Of a DNA stretch of 64,000 bases, positions 1 to 12,545 are shown one piece after another. Each line of letters begins with the position of its first letter. Within the stretch, counting starts at the first letter, position 1. The position numbers and the translations under genes are program-made. Location: contig OZ024741.1 in NCBI GenBank assembly GCA_964016885.1, positions 377,146,001 to 377,210,000 of the forward strand, given 5' to 3'. This stretch comes from Eledone cirrhosa. Taxonomy: Eukaryota. Under the pieces are notes generated by a model. The model made no database searches. It saw only the letters and a list, made by a program, of their open reading frames with translations, and had not been told where the DNA came from.

Positions 1-628
1 AAATAAAATGATGAATGAGTTTCTTAAATTCACTTATATTTTGCATCAATATTGTAAGAATGAAGAGTAAAACCAACCAAGGTATTATATGAAAACAGAA
101 CTCAAGCAGCTGGAAAAATACCATAATCCGTTCTATATAATGCATTGGCTTATGGCTGCTACTTAACTGTTATTAACACTTTGTAACCTATCAAATACTA
201 CCAAAACGTATCGGTAACATAATTTCCATCAAATCAAAATTAACGTGACTTAATTTTAGACAATATTTCTTGTTAAATGCAGTAGCAGTAGGCACATACT
301 AACCTTCATAGAACATATTGTGTTCATTTTTGTTTGTTATAATTTTACATAAAATGCCATGGATTATAATCTGAATATTTGATTTTGTTTGGCAAGCTAT
401 TGATTAAAATGTATATCATGGTATTACAGCAATCAGGAACCTAAACAAAAAGCAGCAAATAAATTCACTAGTGAATATTACAGTACTTCGTCCGTCAAAT
501 AAGGTGAAACTATTTTTGTACTTCAAGGAGCGAGTAGAACTTAATTTTTCACTTTGGAATTACTTTCCGAAATGGCCTCAAATCACATCCCACCACCACA
601 CCAGAAAATTTCTATAAAACCGCTTATT

Positions 629-631
<3 letters not shown>

Positions 632-722
<91 letters not shown>
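632..722. repeat. (TC)n(AC)n microsatellite
   Basis: Pure dinucleotide runs; source of spurious SL/ER ORFs. Confidence 0.95.
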
Positions 723-1523
723 ATTCCAGTCACCAAAGCATTACACACACTCGTATTCACATAACCCGTATATACCATTCAACACACATAACCCTAAAAT
801 CCCAAGTCCCACACATGCATATCCACCTTATCGAAGCAATGAGTACCACCTCGCACAAGAAGTAGCTTTCCCTGAACAGGACATGCACAGACACATATAC
901 AGTTGCATCATATACAGATATATTTGCATCTAAGGTCATTATAACACGAACTACACAACTTATTAGCCAACAAATATGTGTGAGTAGTTGTACGTACGCA
1001 TATACACACCATCTGTCATCACACACTGCAGATATACAGCACCGCATAGCTCTCGCTTGAGAGTATATGTGTGCTTGTATTTCTTGCCTGCTCGGCTGCG
1101 TTCGCATGGCACTCTGTGTCGAAGATGGGTCACGGTTTGTGTTTAGTGTTTCACAACTATCCCCCCTCTCGCAGAACCCTTTCCCGACCCTATTCCTCTA
1201 CATGCATAAATTCACACAAAACTTCGTAGTTCAGCCGTTTTCGATTGTATCGTGATATCGTCGTACCCAAAGGCAAGCCCATTCTCTTACGAACATACAA
1301 TGAAATGAAACATGGCTAATATCATATTCACAACCGCCTCTCTTTCTCTACCCCCTCTTGTCACAGTTTCTGCATATGTGTATGTACGTATGCATTTATG
1401 TATGCATGTATCTATGTATGCATGTATGTATGTATGTATATATGCATGTATGCTATATGTTTATGTACGTATGCATGTAAGTGTACATGTATGTATGCTT
1501 GTATGTATGCATGCCTTTATGTA

Positions 1524-1812
1524 TCGAAGCACATGGTCTAGTGGTAAGTGTGTTGGACTTATGACCATACCGGTGTGGGTTACATTTCTGGATTGGGTTG
1601 CGTGTAGTGTTCGTGACCAAATAACTTCATTTCATGTTGCTCCATTATACTCAACTGAAAATGAGTATGATCAATTACTGGGAATTTAATACTGCGAATG
1701 TCTGGCGTCCTGTCCAGAGGGGAGTATTGTACTCTCCTTTGCTTAACGCCTTGAACACCGCGATAAGCACTGACCTGATGAGCCTCCGGGCCAGAGAAGA
1801 CTTTAGATTTTA
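1524..1812 (+). mobile_element. tRNA-derived SINE, diverged
   Basis: A-box-like TGGTCTAGTGG head, central TGGCGTCCTGTCCAGAGGGG block and GATAAGCACTGACCTGATGAGCC tail, resembling invertebrate SINE2 families; flanked by (TATG)n. Confidence 0.65.
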
Positions 1813-2123
1813 GATGTATGCGTGTATGTATGTATGTATGTAAGTATGTATATATGGATATATGTTCAAATGACGTATCAAATAAAGGTTGATGGAAAAA
1901 AGGGAAAGAAAGGGCGGTAATTAATAAATATTAAAGGCGAGTTACTAATTAATAAATGTTTATAACAATATAATAACAATAATAAATAATAGGGCTAATG
2001 ATTATAGGACTAAAGAAATTATTTTAAGAATTATTAATCATAATTTTAGAATAATGTAATATTAAAAGTAATAAAAATAAATTATCAATGTATAGTGAAA
2101 TGCTGTATATTATTAAAAGTTAT

Positions 2124-2316
2124 CGGGCGGTGGATTGGCAGTATCTGTAGAGGGTCGGATGCCATGCTTTCCAGCATAGTTACGTCCCTTTACGATCTGA
2201 GTTCAAATCCTGCCGAGGTTGACTTTGCCTTTCATCCTTACGGGGTCGATAACATAAAGTACCGGTAATGTACTGGGTAATTGCTGGCCTTGTGCATAAA
2301 GTAGAAACAATTATTA
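2124..2316 (+). mobile_element. tRNA-derived SINE (octopus-type)
   Basis: B-box GAGTTCAAATCC followed by GAGGTTGACTTTGCCTTTCATCCTTACGGGGTCGATAA; tail GGCCTTGTGCATAAAGTAGAAACAATTATT; close second copy at 32795. Confidence 0.8.
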
Positions 2317-2539
2317 AAATTTATCGAAAACTAATCAAAACATTTCTAACCAAAACTTGTTATCAAAAAATATTTGGAAAGAAACTTATTTATACATACA
2401 CCAAAATATGGAAGGATAAAAGGAACAACAAATCACCTAACAATAACAAATAAATACTAATTAATTAATAATTTAATAAATTATGCAAAACCTGAAGGTA
2501 TACTACTGGAAACATCAAGATAGAGTTAATGGCTAATGT

Positions 2540-3335
2540 ATTAATAAAATATCAATACAAATAAAAATAAAAATAAATATAAAATTAGATCGGGTAGACT
2601 TATTAAAGATAATAATCTAAATGTAATAAAATAAAATAAAATAAATAGATGGTTACATGTGATGGGGTGGTTGTAATATATTATAATCAAAGTAGACGTG
2701 ATCAGACTAGGGATGTTATAAGTATATAAGGATATCAATATAACTAAAAGAATACATATATAGATACGCCTACATTGGTATAAATTAGTTACTAGGTTTA
2801 AAATAGTGAAAAGAGTGATGATTGATGTGTTTACAAGTGGAAACAATCTCAGATTTCCTATTTAATAAATTTAATTTAGAGAAAATAATACTATGGGATT
2901 CAAGGAGGCACAGGTTACAGAATTTACACATTCCAGGTTAGGGTATAAGTTGTATTACTACACTTCAGAAATGATACGAAATTTGGTAACGAGGTTGCGT
3001 GTTTAAGATTAGAGTTCTTAAAAGTATGAAGATGGGAATTATGGTTCGTCTTGAAACTATTCGATACAGAGCGGATTTAGGTTTTGGAGTAGGTAGAAGT
3101 TATGACAGTGCAGGAATATATAATATTCTTAACAAGGCAGTTTCCATTAAGATGGCATACATTATTACAATTACAATTATATCTATTGATTGAGCGATTT
3201 TGAGGAAAATGTGTAAAGTCCTTAGTAATACATAATTACTTCTATTATTCCGATAATTCCTGGAAACTAATGTGTTATGAGATTGGTTTGTCAAATTACT
3301 GGGCATAACATTAGTACCCGTATCACCCGGCCTTG
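2540..3335 (-). pseudogene. Decayed Naiad-like PLE 3' fragment (GIY-YIG endonuclease)
   Basis: Manual minus-strand translation NCNCNNVCHLNGNCLVKNIIYSCTV...KFCNLCLLESHSIIFSKLNLLNRKSEIVSTCKH, homologous to ORF 25188-26456; stops and deletion. Confidence 0.8.
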
Positions 3336-3339
3336 TGCT

Positions 3340-3500
3340 TGGATGAAACGATCAATAGTAATTAAATGCTCTTAAACTCTATTTGATTGTTATTTATATA
3401 GTATTTGGGTTCTTTATTATATTTGTCAGTTTACATTGAGCTACTCGCATAATTGTAATTAGATAATATTCAAAATTACTCACACTTTTTGTATATATGT
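3340..3500 (+). mobile_element. PLE pLTR/tail remnant
   Basis: GAAACGATC half-HHR, similarity to 58220-58280, CATTGAGCTAC motif at 3434. Confidence 0.45.
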
Positions 3501-3808
3501 ATGAACTCGGATAATTTTTGCATCTTAAATTATTATAATATCAATATAAGTATTAATGATATATGAAGAATCCTCCGTTAATTATGGCTAAATTAGGAAT
3601 GAAAATGAAAATCTGTAACAAAGAAATATTTGCTCATTAAAATACAAGTTCATTGATAAGTAGGTTTAGCACAGTATTTTAGGAGTATAAATATGCACAT
3701 ACCACATTTAATGTCTATGTTTAAGCAATGTGTTTTACTTAAATCCAATTTTGCAGGCAAATAGACATATAACAAATAATCAGCATTTGATACTTTATCA
3801 AATTCACA

Positions 3809-3960
<152 letters not shown>

Positions 3961-4127
3961 GATATATTCGATATATCTCATATGAAATAATACACCCAAT
4001 TTTCCACGCAGTACTTTTAGATAGCACCCCGAACGTATAATTGGGAATATAATCACGTATTTCCTAATGTTTGTTGAGTGAGTTGAAATTTGGCCGGAGT
4101 ATCGCTAAAAAGCTTTCTCCGATATTG

Positions 4128-4162
<35 letters not shown>

Positions 4163-4167
<5 letters not shown>

Positions 4168-4741
4168 AATGTCGGTGGGAAGATCACTGATGAAGAACTA
4201 ATTTTATTTACATGTACCCCATTTGCAACAACGCACCACGCTAATTTTCATATATTTATATTTTTCCCTACGTTGTGACGTGTCTGTTTCAGTCATACTG
4301 CTTCCCACTTCTCTGTATCTCTCACCTTCTTTTTACCACCTCTGCCAGTCACTCTCTTTTAGCTGGCCTCTTCCTCACACTTTCACTCACTCACTCTCTG
4401 CTACTCCTCCTCTCTCACTTCCTCACGTTTGACATGTGTGAAATCCTTTTCTCCCTCACATCTCACCCAGGTCGGATGGTCTGTATCTCTCGTTGATGAT
4501 TTCACCGAACTTAAGTTCACAGATATCACGACCTTGTTTCTCCTCTTCCTCTCTTTCCGTTACATTAGCATCTCTGTTTGTTTACATGTCTCGCTCGCTT
4601 CACCCTATTTTACGTGTCCCAAAAACAGTCTTAGTTATTGCTCGCACCAACCAGAGGTATATAACCTTTAATGCGAAGAAATACCAATGACCGTTGGAAG
4701 ATCACTGATGAAGGACTAATTTTATTCATATGTACCCCATT

Positions 4742-4742
<1 letters not shown>
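4163..4742 (+). mobile_element. Non-coding ~518-nt unit with ~60-nt terminal direct repeat, inserted in (TA)n
   Basis: ATACCAATG..GGAAGATCACTGATGAAG.ACTAATTTTATT..ATGTACCCCATTT at 4163-4224 and 4681-4742. Confidence 0.7.
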
Positions 4743-4815
<73 letters not shown>

Positions 4816-4850
4816 ATATGTATATATATATATGTACATATATATGTATA

Positions 4851-5033
4851 TTATTAAGGTTCTTGATGTTCTATCGAGAGAATCGATTTTACTGAAAATA
4901 TCGAATAATGTTCACCATTTCACCAGTACCACAGAAATAGTTACTGGTCCACCCACACTCACACACAAACGTGTATGCGCACACACGCACATATACACAC
5001 ACATACACACGCGTGCATTAACATACAAAGTGA

Positions 5034-5100
<67 letters not shown>

Positions 5101-5252
5101 CTCCGTATAAGACAAGAGCTGAAAAATATCTTTTAACGTGTTAAAATATCCCCCACAAACTTTCAGACACATTACTACTGACCATCCCTCTACCACGAAT
5201 TACTCTGCTACACACACACACAAACAGACAGACACACACACTTGTCTTAATA

Positions 5253-5319
<67 letters not shown>

Positions 5320-5483
5320 TAAGACAAGTGTGTGTGTGTATGTGTGTGTGTGTGTGTGTGTGTAGCAGAGTAATTCGTGGTAGAGGCATGGTCAGTAGGA
5401 ATGTGTATGTAAGTGTGTGGGGGACATTTTAACAATATAAAATATATTTTTCAGCTATTGTCTTATACGGAGAAGTGTGTGTG

Positions 5484-5544
<61 letters not shown>

Positions 5545-5745
5545 GTCTCTTTGTATGTTAATGTATGCGTGTGTATGTGTGTGTGTATATGTGTGCGTGT
5601 GTGCGTATATAGATGTGTGTGTGTTAGAGAGAATGTGTGTGGATGGACCAGTAACTATTTTTTTGGTACTGGTGAAATGGTGTACATTATTCGATATTTT
5701 CAGTAAAATCGATTCTCTCAATAGAACATCAAAAACCTTGATAAT
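4851..5745. repeat. Long imperfect inverted repeat (~400-bp arms) around a (TA)n spacer
   Basis: 4851-5251 is the reverse complement of 5318-5745, including internal CA/TG runs. Confidence 0.9.
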
Positions 5746-5771
5746 ATACATATATATATATACATATATAT

Positions 5772-5852
<81 letters not shown>

Positions 5853-5856
5853 TTAA

Positions 5857-6053
5857 TCGGTCCTCAATGTTGCCATTGACTCACCGACGGTCAAAAATAA
5901 TACGTCGGTCAGTCAATGGCAACATTGAGGACCGAGTAAGTTAGATTACAGATATAAAAGACAGCGAGAAGCGAAAACCAACCAAACAGTGAGTTTGTTC
6001 TGTTATTAATTCTGGCAATATTACACAAATATGACCCTCCCCAAGTATAACAA
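5857..6053 (+). mobile_element. Neptune-like PLE tail fragment with 5' snap-back hairpin
   Basis: Matches 29745-29900; 5857-5935 forms a ~33-bp inverted repeat. Confidence 0.8.
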
Positions 6054-6111
6054 TATTTGTTTCGACACACGATTTCATATAAAAAACCTCGCTAAACTAA
6101 TAATATATATA

Positions 6112-6211
<100 letters not shown>

Positions 6212-6329
6212 TAATAATAAATTTGAAGACTGAAATCCAAAGAGGCTTCGATAAGGATAAATTTCTCTTTACCTTTTACATATATATATATATATATAGG
6301 AAAATGGAATAACTAGACGTTAGGAAGCA

Positions 6330-6775
6330 GTTAAAATAACAAAATATGTTTGTCTGTGTGTTTTTGCTACGTGGGTGTTAGTCTGAGAGTTACATTTTGA
6401 TATAGATATGTGTACATATGAATGTATTTAAATAATCTTACATATATAGTTATATAGATATACAAATCTCCATAAAATATGTCAATTCATTCTCCAGCTC
6501 ATATTATTTATCTTTCACTCTCTCTCTCACACACACAGGAAAACTCCAAGGAAAACTTAAACCGTTAAGGTATGTTCCTTGGCTATGTCAACAGTTATAA
6601 AACACACTTTGTATTTTATCTGGTGAACGCGTACCAACATTTTTCGTACCCTTGAAATATATATAATAGAACAAATGTGGTTTTATAAATAAATATAGTT
6701 TCCATTTATTTCATATCATTGAATATTATACTCCAGAAACTTGTTGGCTGCTCGGAATGAGTTATAAACATTTAT
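6330..6775 (+). mobile_element. Solo PLE pLTR (family of 55030-56628)
   Basis: 6560-6715 aligns with the reverse complement of 55030-55190; outer boundaries uncertain. Confidence 0.6.
6615..6670 (+). ncRNA. Degenerate type I hammerhead ribozyme
   Basis: TTTAT-CTGGTGA-stem II-GAAAT-ATAT-ATA-ATAGA; core A6G. Confidence 0.55.
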
Positions 6776-6839
6776 ATTTGTTGAATTACCAATAAATTGA
6801 TATCCCTTTTGATTCTCTCTCTCTCTATCTCTCTCACTC

Positions 6840-6872
<33 letters not shown>

Positions 6873-6942
6873 TTATATATATATATATATATATATATAA
6901 AGAATAAAAAAGAACAGAAATATGCAGTAAAAGAGATTTATT

Positions 6943-7073
6943 CGGTTCTAACGTACGTTTCAATAGACATCAATTTGCCTAGATCTCACTGCATCTATAA
7001 TATTATATAGTTAGTAGAACATTCGACATCCAATGCATAATCGATTCCATATCATCAGAGATTATATTTACCG
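6943..7073 (-). ncRNA. Type I hammerhead ribozyme with long stem II (inverted pLTR copy)
   Basis: Reverse complement of 9766-9896, core intact. Confidence 0.7.
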
Positions 7074-7460
7074 TACCGGAATGTTCAAGTTTTAATAGGA
7101 ATTCATGTGAAGTTGAAGTAGAGAAGAAGGAGGATGTGACAAAGACGAGAGAGATATGGGTGTTTTTCATGGTTGTTGATGTAAAACAGATGGGAGGATA
7201 ACATACGATAATGAAGTCTAGATATGGACTAGTCCAACTGTGTGTGTGCTAGGGAGATGGTAGACGTTGATAGGTTTATGATCTATGATAGATGGAGGCA
7301 GGGGAGATTAGGCCGAGTGAGTTATAATGTATGTAGGAGGAGATGTTGAATAGGGGAGATGTGGTCAATAGAAGGCATAGCAATAATCCATGGGGACAGA
7401 TAAAGGAAGTAGAAGGAAGATAGAGGAAAGCAGAAGTCGCAGGATGAAATCAAGCCAGGT

Positions 7461-8177
7461 TTGTATTTCGAGAACGTAGCCTTGACAGGTAAATCTACTC
7501 TTATACAAATTAACAATGAGGCACACAAAATAGTTAAGAACCTGGGTATAGATGACAGGACAGAACCAATAATTCCAGCGACCCCATCCTTTAATTCAAT
7601 GGACCACAAAGTCAATTTCCATGCAAACCCCCAGATTAGACTAATATGCCCATCGAAATCGGATATAGGTAAAGTAAATAAATATATATTAGATAGAGTA
7701 ATCCCCCAGTTAAAACGGATAACTGGCATAACACTCTGGGCAAATACTGAGGAGGCGGTATGTTGGTTTAGTAATATCAAGGATAGGGATGAATCAAAAT
7801 GTCTCCAATTCGACATAAACGACTACTACTCTTCCATATCACCCGATACCCTGCATAAGACCCTAATGTTTGCCAGAGATAATTCTGACCTAACCGACGC
7901 GGAAATAGGCATCATCCTTGATGCCAGAAAAACCATAATTAAGTTCGATGATAGCTACTGGGTGCGCAAAGATCGACCATCTTTCTTTGATATCACGATG
8001 GGCTCAAACGATTCGGCCGAAGTCACAGACGTAGTGAGCATCTTCATCGCTCAAGCACTAGAGAAAAAATTCCGCAATCTACAAGGGGGTATCTACCGCG
8101 ACGATGCGCTCTTTTTAGCTAAACACCTAACAACCAGAAAATTGAAAGATTACGTAAGCAAGTTAGCGAATTGTTAA
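7461..8177 (+). CDS. PLE reverse transcriptase core fragment (frameshifted into 8171-8395)
   Basis: RLICPSKSDIGK, QFDINDYYSSI, ITMGSNDSAEVTD, GGIYRDD; first codons derive from the inverted pLTR. Confidence 0.85.
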   Translation: MYFENVALTGKSTLIQINNEAHKIVKNLGIDDRTEPIIPATPSFNSMDHKVNFHANPQIRLICPSKSDIGKVNKYILDRVIPQLKRITGITLWANTEEAVCWFSNIKDRDESKCLQFDINDYYSSISPDTLHKTLMFARDNSDLTDAEIGIILDARKTIIKFDDSYWVRKDRPSFFDITMGSNDSAEVTDVVSIFIAQALEKKFRNLQGGIYRDDALFLAKHLTTRKLKDYVSKLANC

Positions 8178-9007
8178 ACAGTCTTGGTTTTAGCATTACT
8201 TTTGAGTACAACCTGACTGAAACAAATTTCTTGGATGTAACATTTAATCTAGAGACGGAGGAAATCCGCCCATTCCATAAATCTAATGAAAATATTACGT
8301 ATGTTGACAATAAATCTAATCATCCACCCTCGGTTATACGGTCTATCCCACGGGCCATCTCCCTTAGAATATCACGTCTGTCATCTACCCCCTAGGTCTT
8401 TAGTGAGCACGCTCACTACTATAACAACGCGCTTAAGGCGGCTGGATACCAAGACAAAATAGAGTACATAGATCCAGCCGTCAATATAGAAATAAAGGCT
8501 CACAACGCACTAGCATAAACAATAATATAGGTACGATACACAACATACACTTTCCGCACAGGCATAGTCGAAATAGAAGCACACAACCCAACCTAGCTAG
8601 AAAGCGGAATCGTAGATACCTTTGGTACAACCCAATATACAATGCCTCAACATCTCCTAAAATTTCTTCACTTTTCTTCAATTTAATCAAAACACATTTT
8701 CCTCCTACACATCGATACGCTAAAATACTAAATCTAAAGTCCATTAAGCTTTCATATTCTACAGCACCCAATCTCGATCTAATTATTAAAAAACTTAACT
8801 CCAAATGATTAGTCAGCACATCCACACGAAGCACCCCAAACTACATTAACACTTCCTCAAATTCTCAATTCTCAACCACAGAATGTAAACCATCCTGCAG
8901 CAGACACACATATAAACCTAACGCAACCTGTACAAGATAATAATACTACAATAGCTGATAAGTGCAACTGCAACCTACCTGATCGTTGCCCTCTGAATAA
9001 CAAATGC

Positions 9008-9394
9008 ATGGAATCCAATATGGTGTATCAATCCACCGTTGAATCGGATAACCGGAGATGGCACTATATCGGCTGTACCTCTACCACTTTTAAATCTCGT
9101 TGGTACCAACAACATAGTTCGATGAAGAACATCAAATACAGTTCCGTAACTACCTTAGCCAATACAATTTGGCAGTTGCGCGAAAGTAACCTGCAATACA
9201 CTTTGAAATGGACAAAACTCTCTAGTGCTTCCGCATATCGTGCAGGCCAGCCTTACTGCCAATTATGCAATATGGAGCTATTTTACATACTAAAATCGAA
9301 TTATACTCTTCTCAACAACAGAACGGAAAGGACTCTATATTGCAATCATAGACTCAAGGCTACGTTCACGAAATACAAACCTGGCTTGATTTGA
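9008..9394 (+). CDS. PLE GIY-YIG endonuclease fragment
   Basis: VYQSTV...YIGCTSTTFKSRW, CQLC, CNHR; preceded in frame by KCNCNLPDRCPLNNKC. Confidence 0.85.
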   Translation: MESNMVYQSTVESDNRRWHYIGCTSTTFKSRWYQQHSSMKNIKYSSVTTLANTIWQLRESNLQYTLKWTKLSSASAYRAGQPYCQLCNMELFYILKSNYTLLNNRTERTLYCNHRLKATFTKYKPGLI

Positions 9395-9765
9395 TCCTGC
9401 GACTTCTGCTTTCCTCTATCTTCCTTCTACCTCCTCTACCTGTCCCCATGGATTATTGCTATGCCTTCTATTGACCACATCTCCCCTATTCAACATCTCC
9501 TCCTATATACTTTACAAGTCACTCGGCCTAATCTCCCCTGCCTCCATCTATATTAGATCATAAACCTATTAACGTCTACCATCTCCCTAGCACACACACA
9601 GTTGGACTAGTCCATATCTAAACTTCATTATCGTATTTTATCCTCCCCTCTGTTTTACATCAACAACCATGAAAAACACCCCTATCTCTCTCGTCTTTGT
9701 CACATCCTCCTTCTTCTCTACTTCAACTTCACATGAATTCCTATAAAAACTTGAACATTCTGGTA

Positions 9766-9896
9766 CGGTAAATATAATCTCTGATGATATGGAATCGATT
9801 ATGCATTGGATGTCGAATGTTCTACTAACTATATAATATTATAGATGCAGCGAGATCTAGTCAAATTGATGTCTATTGAAACGTACGTTAGAACCG
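9766..9896 (+). ncRNA. Type I hammerhead ribozyme with ~90-nt stem II
   Basis: CGGT..TCT-CTGATGA(9781)-ATGGAATCGATT/AATTGATGTCTAT-GAAAC-GTAC-GTT-AGA-ACCG. Confidence 0.72.
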
Positions 9897-10083
9897 AATA
9901 AATCTCTTTTACTGCATCTTTCTGTTCTTTTTGATTCTTTATACACGCCCCAGAGTATAGCTAAACTGGAATATACACCTATTTTCTGCATTTCGTTGAG
10001 CACCACTCTGTTGTAAGTTGACCTTCCCCTACACGGTACATAACACTGTGTCCTGGAAAACCTTAATGCACTCGTGCATAACC

Positions 10084-10169
<86 letters not shown>

Positions 10170-10339
10170 TAAAACTAGAATTGGTGCTCTGAAATAGCGA
10201 TATATAGATGAATGTGTATATAGTGTATTTTAAAATACACTGTATGCTTAATTAAACGCATTTTGAAGACGTTACGCTATTGTTTTAGAGTAGTGTCAGT
10301 CTCACTTACTTTAAATTTTCAGCAAACAAGGCGAGATAA

Positions 10340-10384
10340 AGCTGACAGAGCTCTGTTTCGTACTATTTGGTACTTATCAAAGCT
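10340..10384 (-). ncRNA. Type I hammerhead ribozyme, U3:A8 core
   Basis: rc AGCT-TTGATAA-GTAC CAAATA GTAC-GAAAC-AGAGCTCT-GTC-AGCT. Confidence 0.85.
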
Positions 10385-10770
10385 AAGTACTCCACATGTT
10401 TGCTGAAAATCATGAATGTTTGATTCTAATAGAATTCTAGTAATAATCAGGAACTGATTATACAGAGCTGTTGCCGGTCAAGCAGAAATTGAAAATTGGA
10501 ACTGTTTGCTGAAACTTTAAAGTAAGTGAGACTCTCACTACTCTAAAACAATAGCGTAGGGTCTTCAAAATGCTTTTAATTAAGCATACAGTGTATTGCA
10601 AAATACACTATATATACATTCATATATATATATCGCTATTTCAGAGCACCAATTCTAGTTTTCAATTTCTGCGTGGCCGGCAACCGCTCTGTATAACCAG
10701 TTTCTGATTATTACTAGAATTCTATAAGAATCCAACGATCATGATTTTCAGCAAACAGGTGGAGTACTTT

Positions 10771-10813
10771 GCTTTGATAAGTACCAAATAGTACGAAACA
10801 GAGCTCTGTCAGC
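10771..10813 (+). ncRNA. Type I hammerhead ribozyme, U3:A8 core
   Basis: GCT-TTGATAA-GTAC CAAATA GTAC-GAAAC-AGAGCTCT-GTC^AGC; stem I extends TTTCAGCAAACAGG/CCTGTTTGCTGAAA. Confidence 0.85.
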
Positions 10814-10941
10814 TTTATCTCCCCCTGTTTGCTGAAAGTTTAAGTATGTGAGACTGTCACTACTCTAAAACAATAGCGTAAGGTCTTCAAAAACATTTAA
10901 TTAAGCATACAGTGTATTGCAAAATACACTATATATACATT

Positions 10942-10972
<31 letters not shown>

Positions 10973-11034
10973 GTGTGTGTATGTGTGTAAAAGGTAAAGA
11001 TAAATAACAACACAATCAATTCAGTATATATATA

Positions 11035-11382
11035 TATTGAGTATTTGTTGGATGATACCGACACCTCAGTATGAAGATTGTAGCACTTGGCGAAGGACGC
11101 AGTTTGGTTTGTTTACTCCAGAGTAATGTAAAATAAGTAAGTCAAACATGCAAAATTTGGCTTCATTTATATAAAATCTCTGCTATATATATTTCGGTGA
11201 CAGCTATTATTGGTTGTGACCTCTTCAGGCAGTCCGAATTAGTGTGGAAAAAGAAAGGTACACATGTTGTTGAAGTGTGTTTCACTCTGTCAATACATCG
11301 ATATGTCCAGCTCCTGGGTGTGTTGTTAGTCCTCCGAGGAACTGGAATCATATGCTTACATGTTTGACTTACTCATTTTAAA
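11035..11382 (-). mobile_element. Small non-coding HHR element / solo pLTR with short inverted copy
   Basis: Between (TA)n runs; 11130-11150 inverted at 11359-11379; contains an HHR. Confidence 0.65.
11180..11232 (-). ncRNA. Type I hammerhead ribozyme, canonical core
   Basis: rc CTGC-CTGAAGA-GGTCACA..TGTCACC-GAAAT-ATAT-ATA-GCAG. Confidence 0.85.
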
Positions 11383-12428
11383 TAAATATATATATATATA
11401 TATTGACTTACTTATTTTATATTTTTAGAAAATACATGCCAAATTCATGTATAACATCAAATATACTCAACGTTCCCTGATGTTTTTTCTACATTCTTCA
11501 GCCTCCAGAAATTAACTGTCGGTCATAATGCGCTAAAGTCCCCTCTGAAAATACATCTGACAGTATGCGTGTAAGATAAAATTTATACATACTCACACAA
11601 ACACGGCAACATGGCATACATATATATGCATGTATACTTGGACACGCATATACGAACGTGCATACTCATGCATACAGCCACACACGCACCTCCATGCTAA
11701 CCTCACCCATCCATATACATTACACGTGTATGTTAGTGCACGTTTTCCCAACCCCACATATGCACATACACATGTCTATTGATTAGTGTCTATTGATTAA
11801 TGTCTATTGATTAGTGCAGCGAGACAAAATATTCTGACAATTTTTTAATCGGCTGTGTTTTGAGTATGACTTGATAGGTATTATGCTTCTGATAAGGGGT
11901 TTAGGTGTGTATGCAATCGATAGCAGGCACTAGTTCAGTTTTACTCGCGTGGACCTAAGGTCGGATTATTTGCAAAGTTGATAATTTCGTGTAATTCGTT
12001 TAGTCATATTATAAATATAAGTGCATTATCCAACGTCTTTCAGAGCTAGGTAGCTGTGATGGGCTATATATAATGTAGCTTATAAGATTAACGCTGAATT
12101 GAATTGGACATAATTTACTAAGAACTATGTTGTGTCTCCTGTACTCTGTCAGTTTGTATTGCATCCAGGGCACTTGATACATTTCATTATATTTTAATTA
12201 CTCAATTCTATTTCTATTAACATGAGATAATTGTTTACTGTATTTCCACGTGAAATTAGATTCTCTTCACCTTAATAGAACTGCATCTGCAATAATCATA
12301 CATATCTATTGCTTTACATGCATACTGTATACACGCACACACACACATATATATATATATGTATATTATGTATATATATATATATGTATATTTACATAAG
12401 TATATATATGTATATATATATATATATA

Positions 12429-12545
<117 letters not shown>

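Larger units (their letters stand above)
6899..10087 (+). mobile_element. 5'-truncated Naiad-like PLE with inverted pLTR copy (6899-7484 vs 9355-9942) and 3' tail
   Basis: RT (DINDYY, MGS, YRDD, NFLDV), CNCx5CPx4C linker, GIY-YIG, ~590-bp inverted repeat, (TA)n on both flanks. Confidence 0.93.
10168..10945 (+). mobile_element. Non-autonomous retrozyme-like element: 323-nt tandem unit (~1.4 copies +, one inverted copy)
   Basis: 10503-10620 repeats at 10826-10945; 10168-10497 is a reverse-complement permuted monomer; no ORF; HHR in each full monomer; (TA)n flanks. Confidence 0.88.

Noticed and set aside
1775-1800. CTGATGA followed by a small hairpin as a hammerhead
   Set aside because: No GAAA box or stems I and III; part of a SINE tail
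5665-5715. CTGGTGA-stem-GATA-stem-ATC hammerhead-like fold in the palindrome arm
   Set aside because: Two core changes in both arms and no stem I
8806-8808. In-frame TGA in the first Naiad as selenocysteine
   Set aside because: Not at a conserved Cys position; the copy also has TAG/TAA stops
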